Origin: Pikeienuella sp.
Lineage (GTDB): Bacteria > Pseudomonadota > Alphaproteobacteria > Rhodobacterales > Rhodobacteraceae
Reading direction: 5' to 3'
Length of the DNA stretch: 64,000 bases
Assembly: GCA_049600095.1 (NCBI GenBank)
Contig: JBMYPG010000003.1
Coordinates: 3,065-67,064 of the forward strand
Of this stretch, positions 60,245 to 64,000 are shown piece by piece. Each line of letters begins with the position of its first letter. The first letter of the stretch is position 1. The translations under genes and the position numbers were made by a program. The notes under the pieces were generated by a model. The model ran no database searches and was not told where the DNA came from. It saw nothing but the letters and a program-made list of their open reading frames with translations.

Positions 60245-60490
60245 GGGTATTGGTCCTGTGGGCGATGCCGTTACTGGCGCGGTTGATGCGACCTTATATG
60301 GGAAAAACAACAAGGCGCGTGCGCGATTTAATCCTGTCTCGCGTTTACCGCAAGGGGCAACGGCGACACATCAAGATCATCTTGCGTAAATTCTGTATCA
60401 CCCAGCCAACCCAAACGCGTTGTGCTTCGCAAACTCTGCCTTGGGCTGGCTGGATGATAACTGTTTGAACTGAACGCAAGTTGCTATCGG

Positions 60491-60847
60491 TCAGCTTTCG
60501 CCGCGATTGGCTTGATCTAACGCTCGGCGATCTTTTTTCGTCGGTCTGGGGCCAACACGCGGGGGTGCCGGTGGTTTGTCTTGCGGCGGGTCGAGGTCTT
60601 CGTAAAGCAAAACAGCCTCAGAGGCCGGACCGCGCCGATCGCCTAGGGCAACGATTCGTATAACTCGGATTACGGATCCCTGCGCAAAAGTAAGCGTATC
60701 GCCGGGTTTTACGTTGGTCCCGGGTTTTGTAACCCGGGCACCATCTACTCTGACACCAGTCGAAACGATTTTGGTGGCCAGCGTGCGGGTTTTAAAGAAA
60801 CGCGCACGCCATAACCATTTATCAATCCGAACGGCGTTTTCAGCCAT
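60491..60847 (-). CDS. RNA-binding S4 domain protein (Hsp15/HslR-like)
   Basis: RIDKWLWRARFFKTR, RRGPA, RPTKKDRR. Confidence 0.92.
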   Translation of the reverse strand: MAENAVRIDKWLWRARFFKTRTLATKIVSTGVRVDGARVTKPGTNVKPGDTLTFAQGSVIRVIRIVALGDRRGPASEAVLLYEDLDPPQDKPPAPPRVGPRPTKKDRRALDQANRGES

Positions 60848-63726
60848 TAGCCGCCTTTAAGTTTCTGCAAGATTGCAAAGGGGCTATCCGGGTCCATTGG
60901 TTTGTCCCGTTTCGGCGCAGCAGAAAAACTGCGTGGTTTGTCCTCAGCACCTTTACGGCCCTTACCCTTGGGTGGGCGTTTCCCCTTGTGAGGGCCGTCA
61001 CCTTTTCCACCGGATTTAGCGTTGCGAGCACCGCCCTTGCCGCGATTTTGATCACCGTTCTGAGGGCGACGGCCTTCATTCCGGTTATCATTCCGTGCCC
61101 TTTGTGGGCGACGGGCAACGGTGAAGGTATAGAACACCTCCATTTCGACTGGCGCTGGTTCAGCCGGAGCAGACTCTACTGGTGCCTTGGCTTCTTCGGC
61201 GGCAGGTTCTTCGCTTGGTGCAGCTTCAGCAACAGGCACATCTGCCGGAGCTTCGTCAGCTTTAGGCTCTTCTGCTTTTGCATCACCAGAAACTTCCGCT
61301 TCAGGTGCTTTCGCAGCAACCTGCTTGGCACCTTTTTCCCGCTCACCTTTTTCAGCGTTGAACCCCAATCCGCCCATAAGGGACGCGAATTGTTCGAGCG
61401 TCATACCGGTGATCGACAGCATGTCTGCTGTTGCTTCAAATCCGGTGCGGCGGTCTTGATCGCGGAGCAAATCAGCTAGCCGTTCCAACATATCAATGCG
61501 GATCGCACGTTCACCTGCCAAACGATAACCAGAACGGATATAGAACCCATCAGGTGCCCCTGGAACGGCAGGGATGGTCACATGCCCCGGTGGAGGAGAC
61601 GCTGGGATATCATCCAAACCAGCCTTCAAGCCCCAAAGGACCAACCGTAACCGTGTTGGCGCAGGTTTAAGCAGCAACGGCATGAACAGCGAATGCTGGC
61701 CAAACCGCAGGCCGTGGCGGCGCAACATTGTACGCGCATCCTGATCCAACGCCTTAACGTCTTGCGCGATTGGTGCACGCTCCAGAACGCCTAAACCTTC
61801 GATCAGTTGAAAAGCCACTCCGCGTGCAAGACCGGTAACAGCCTCATCATCACGTAAGGCAATTAATGGCTCAAACAACGCTGCAACACGGCGTGTGATC
61901 CAATGGCTCAACCGACGCTCCAGCTTTTCGATCACTGGTGCTTCGAGCATTTCGTCTGCAAAAGCACGAACTGTTGGCGACAATGCGTCTGGGCCAGCCT
62001 CTAGCCGGCCAACAGCCATGTCGCCCCACATGAGGCCACCTTGCTCTGTCACATCAATCTCTGTGTCAGGCGAGTTATAGAATTTGTCCGCCCGGTGGGA
62101 GAACCACCCTTTTAGCGCTGTCATCGAAGCATTGCGCAGCCGCTTTTGCTCTTCGACGCCCGCCTGCGGGTCAGGAAAGAAACGGAACCCGTCGATCCGT
62201 CCCAGATGTTCACCTTCGGCGGTTACTTCGCCGGTTTCAGAAACTTCGGCCACCAGGCCCTCCTTCTGTTTCAACCGGCGCATCAGAACTGATGTGCGCC
62301 GATCGACAAATCGTTGGGTCAGCCGCGCATGTAGCGCATCTGACAAACGGTTTTCTACAGCACGGGTTTCCCCGCGCCATTCGCCCGCATCTTCCAGCCA
62401 GCCACCGCGATTGGCGACATAACTGAGTGTTCGCATATATGCCAGCCTGCGCGACAAATGGTCGATGTCACCTTCGACCCGATCCAATCGTGCAACTTCG
62501 CCCGCAATCCAGTCAGAGGGTATAGCGCCAGCCTCCGACACAAGGAACCGATATATCTTGCCAATCAATGCGGCATGATCAGCACCAGAGGTTTTTCTGA
62601 AATCTGGTATCTGGCAACAGTCCCATAAACGCCGCACAGCGGCGCCTCCTTTGGTGATGTCCCTCAGGCCTTCATCCCGCCACAGGCTACGCAGGGCGAT
62701 CAGGTCATCGGCATCCCGTGCGCGGCGCAACCCAGCGGCGGGGGATTGTACTTCTAACGACGCCATCAGCGCTGGCACTGTCCCAAATTCCAGCCGAGCG
62801 CTTCGCCATTCCAACGCCTTTACTGTCTCAAAGCGGTGTTCAACAATTGATTGCACGACTTCATCGGACAATGGTTGCACTTCGCCAGTAACCCCGAACG
62901 TACCATCGGTCTTAAACCTGCCTGCCCGCCCGGCAATTTGCGCCAGCTCCGCAGGCGTCAAAGGGCGACTTCGGCGGCCATCAAACTTGTACCGACCAGC
63001 AAAGGCGACATGGCGCAGATCAAGGTTCAGCCCCATGCCAATTGCATCAGTCGCCACCAGATGAGGCACATCGCCATTCTGATACATCTCAACCTGTGCA
63101 TTTCGCGTGCGCGGGCTAAGCGAGCCCATCACAACGGCTGCGCCACCTTTTTGACGTCTGATCAGTTCGGCAATCGCGTAAACATCATCAACTGAAAACG
63201 CAACGATGGCTGACCGTGACGGCAATCGACTGATTTTCTTTGACCCTGCATAGGTTAGGTTCGACAGCCTGGGCCGGGTGGAAATCGCCGCCTCTGGCAG
63301 CAACGCCGCAATCCGGCCCCGCATGGTTTCTGCGCCCAGAAACAAGGTTTCCTTACGGCCCCGCGCCCTTAGCAGCCGATCAGTAAAAATGTGACCACGG
63401 TCGGGGTCAGCACATAGCTGAATTTCATCCACCGCAACAAAATCTGCGCCCCAGTCCAAAGGCATGCTTTCTACTGTCGCGATGACATAGGGCGCGCCGG
63501 GCGGGGCGATTTTCTCCTCCCCCGTAATCAGCGCGCAAGACCGTGCACCGCGCATTGCCACGATCCGGTCATAGACCTCTCTGGCCAACAAACGCAGAGG
63601 AAAGCCGATCATGCCAGACGAATGGCTAAGCATTCGTGAAATGGCGTAATGGGTTTTACCAGTGTTGGTTGGGCCGAGTATGGCCTCTAAACCGCTGCTG
63701 CGGGGCACCCTGAAATCGGCATTCAT
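60847..63726 (-). CDS. SUV3-like superfamily 2 helicase
   Basis: GPTNTGKT, PLRLLARE, DEIQ, ATDAIGMGLN, QIAGRAGR; acidic/basic low-complexity tail. Confidence 0.9.
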   Translation of the reverse strand: MNADFRVPRSSGLEAILGPTNTGKTHYAISRMLSHSSGMIGFPLRLLAREVYDRIVAMRGARSCALITGEEKIAPPGAPYVIATVESMPLDWGADFVAVDEIQLCADPDRGHIFTDRLLRARGRKETLFLGAETMRGRIAALLPEAAISTRPRLSNLTYAGSKKISRLPSRSAIVAFSVDDVYAIAELIRRQKGGAAVVMGSLSPRTRNAQVEMYQNGDVPHLVATDAIGMGLNLDLRHVAFAGRYKFDGRRSRPLTPAELAQIAGRAGRFKTDGTFGVTGEVQPLSDEVVQSIVEHRFETVKALEWRSARLEFGTVPALMASLEVQSPAAGLRRARDADDLIALRSLWRDEGLRDITKGGAAVRRLWDCCQIPDFRKTSGADHAALIGKIYRFLVSEAGAIPSDWIAGEVARLDRVEGDIDHLSRRLAYMRTLSYVANRGGWLEDAGEWRGETRAVENRLSDALHARLTQRFVDRRTSVLMRRLKQKEGLVAEVSETGEVTAEGEHLGRIDGFRFFPDPQAGVEEQKRLRNASMTALKGWFSHRADKFYNSPDTEIDVTEQGGLMWGDMAVGRLEAGPDALSPTVRAFADEMLEAPVIEKLERRLSHWITRRVAALFEPLIALRDDEAVTGLARGVAFQLIEGLGVLERAPIAQDVKALDQDARTMLRRHGLRFGQHSLFMPLLLKPAPTRLRLVLWGLKAGLDDIPASPPPGHVTIPAVPGAPDGFYIRSGYRLAGERAIRIDMLERLADLLRDQDRRTGFEATADMLSITGMTLEQFASLMGGLGFNAEKGEREKGAKQVAAKAPEAEVSGDAKAEEPKADEAPADVPVAEAAPSEEPAAEEAKAPVESAPAEPAPVEMEVFYTFTVARRPQRARNDNRNEGRRPQNGDQNRGKGGARNAKSGGKGDGPHKGKRPPKGKGRKGAEDKPRSFSAAPKRDKPMDPDSPFAILQKLKGG

Positions 63727-63762
63727 AATGTAAGGGTTTCCCAACGACTAAGCCCGCAGACC

Positions 63763-63999
63763 TTAGATTTTACGGCCTTCTACATCCGGCGACAATCGCT
63801 CTATCGCATCTTTCGCGCCTTTAAATGCAGGGTAAATCGCGGCGACCTCTCGCCAGGTCGCTAGTGCGGATTCTGGCCGCTCTGTTCGTTCCAGAATAAT
63901 CGCTAATCCAGCCAAAGCACCAAAATGACGGGGCTCAACCCGCAGCGCCTGCTGAATATCAGCAATCGCGCGGGCATAATTGCCTTGAATATAGTGATG
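63763..63999 (-). CDS. 3' end of a TPR-repeat protein (partial)
   Basis: Manual translation ...YIQGNYARAIADIQQALRVEPRHFGALAGLAIIL...EGRKI*. Confidence 0.8.
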   Translation of the reverse strand, partial: HHYIQGNYARAIADIQQALRVEPRHFGALAGLAIILERTERPESALATWREVAAIYPAFKGAKDAIERLSPDVEGRKI

Positions 64000-64000
64000 A

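Overview
Gene-dense chromosomal window with about 60 CDS. It is most consistent with a marine Rhodobacterales-type alphaproteobacterium, judged from the helicase-S4-fdxA-carD and ppiD-trpE synteny, cytochrome c' and tmpAB. Housekeeping genes (rsfS-rlmH, parE, uup-like ABC-F, ppiD-trpE, trpG-trpD, gdh, rpmI-rplT, fdxA-carD) alternate with accessory metabolic genes. These include a stand-alone reductive dehalogenase, xdhAB, an ACAD10/11- or Lva-like cluster, a TmpAB phosphonate oxygenase pair, an orphan C5-cytosine methyltransferase and two membrane proteins with cNMP-binding domains. I saw no tRNA, rRNA, CRISPR array or mobile element. The best candidate for an undescribed system lies at about 13.9-22.1 kb: an MBL-fold phosphodiesterase-like gene and a large NTT-like/HEAT/cNMP fusion transporter flank xdhAB. 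Each is preceded by a CRP-type GTG-N8-CAC palindrome, at class II (-41.5) and class I (-61.5) spacing respectively, relative to a predicted -10 hexamer. All calls come from manual motif reading with no database searches. Start codons were adjusted by hand where the ORF track over-extended.
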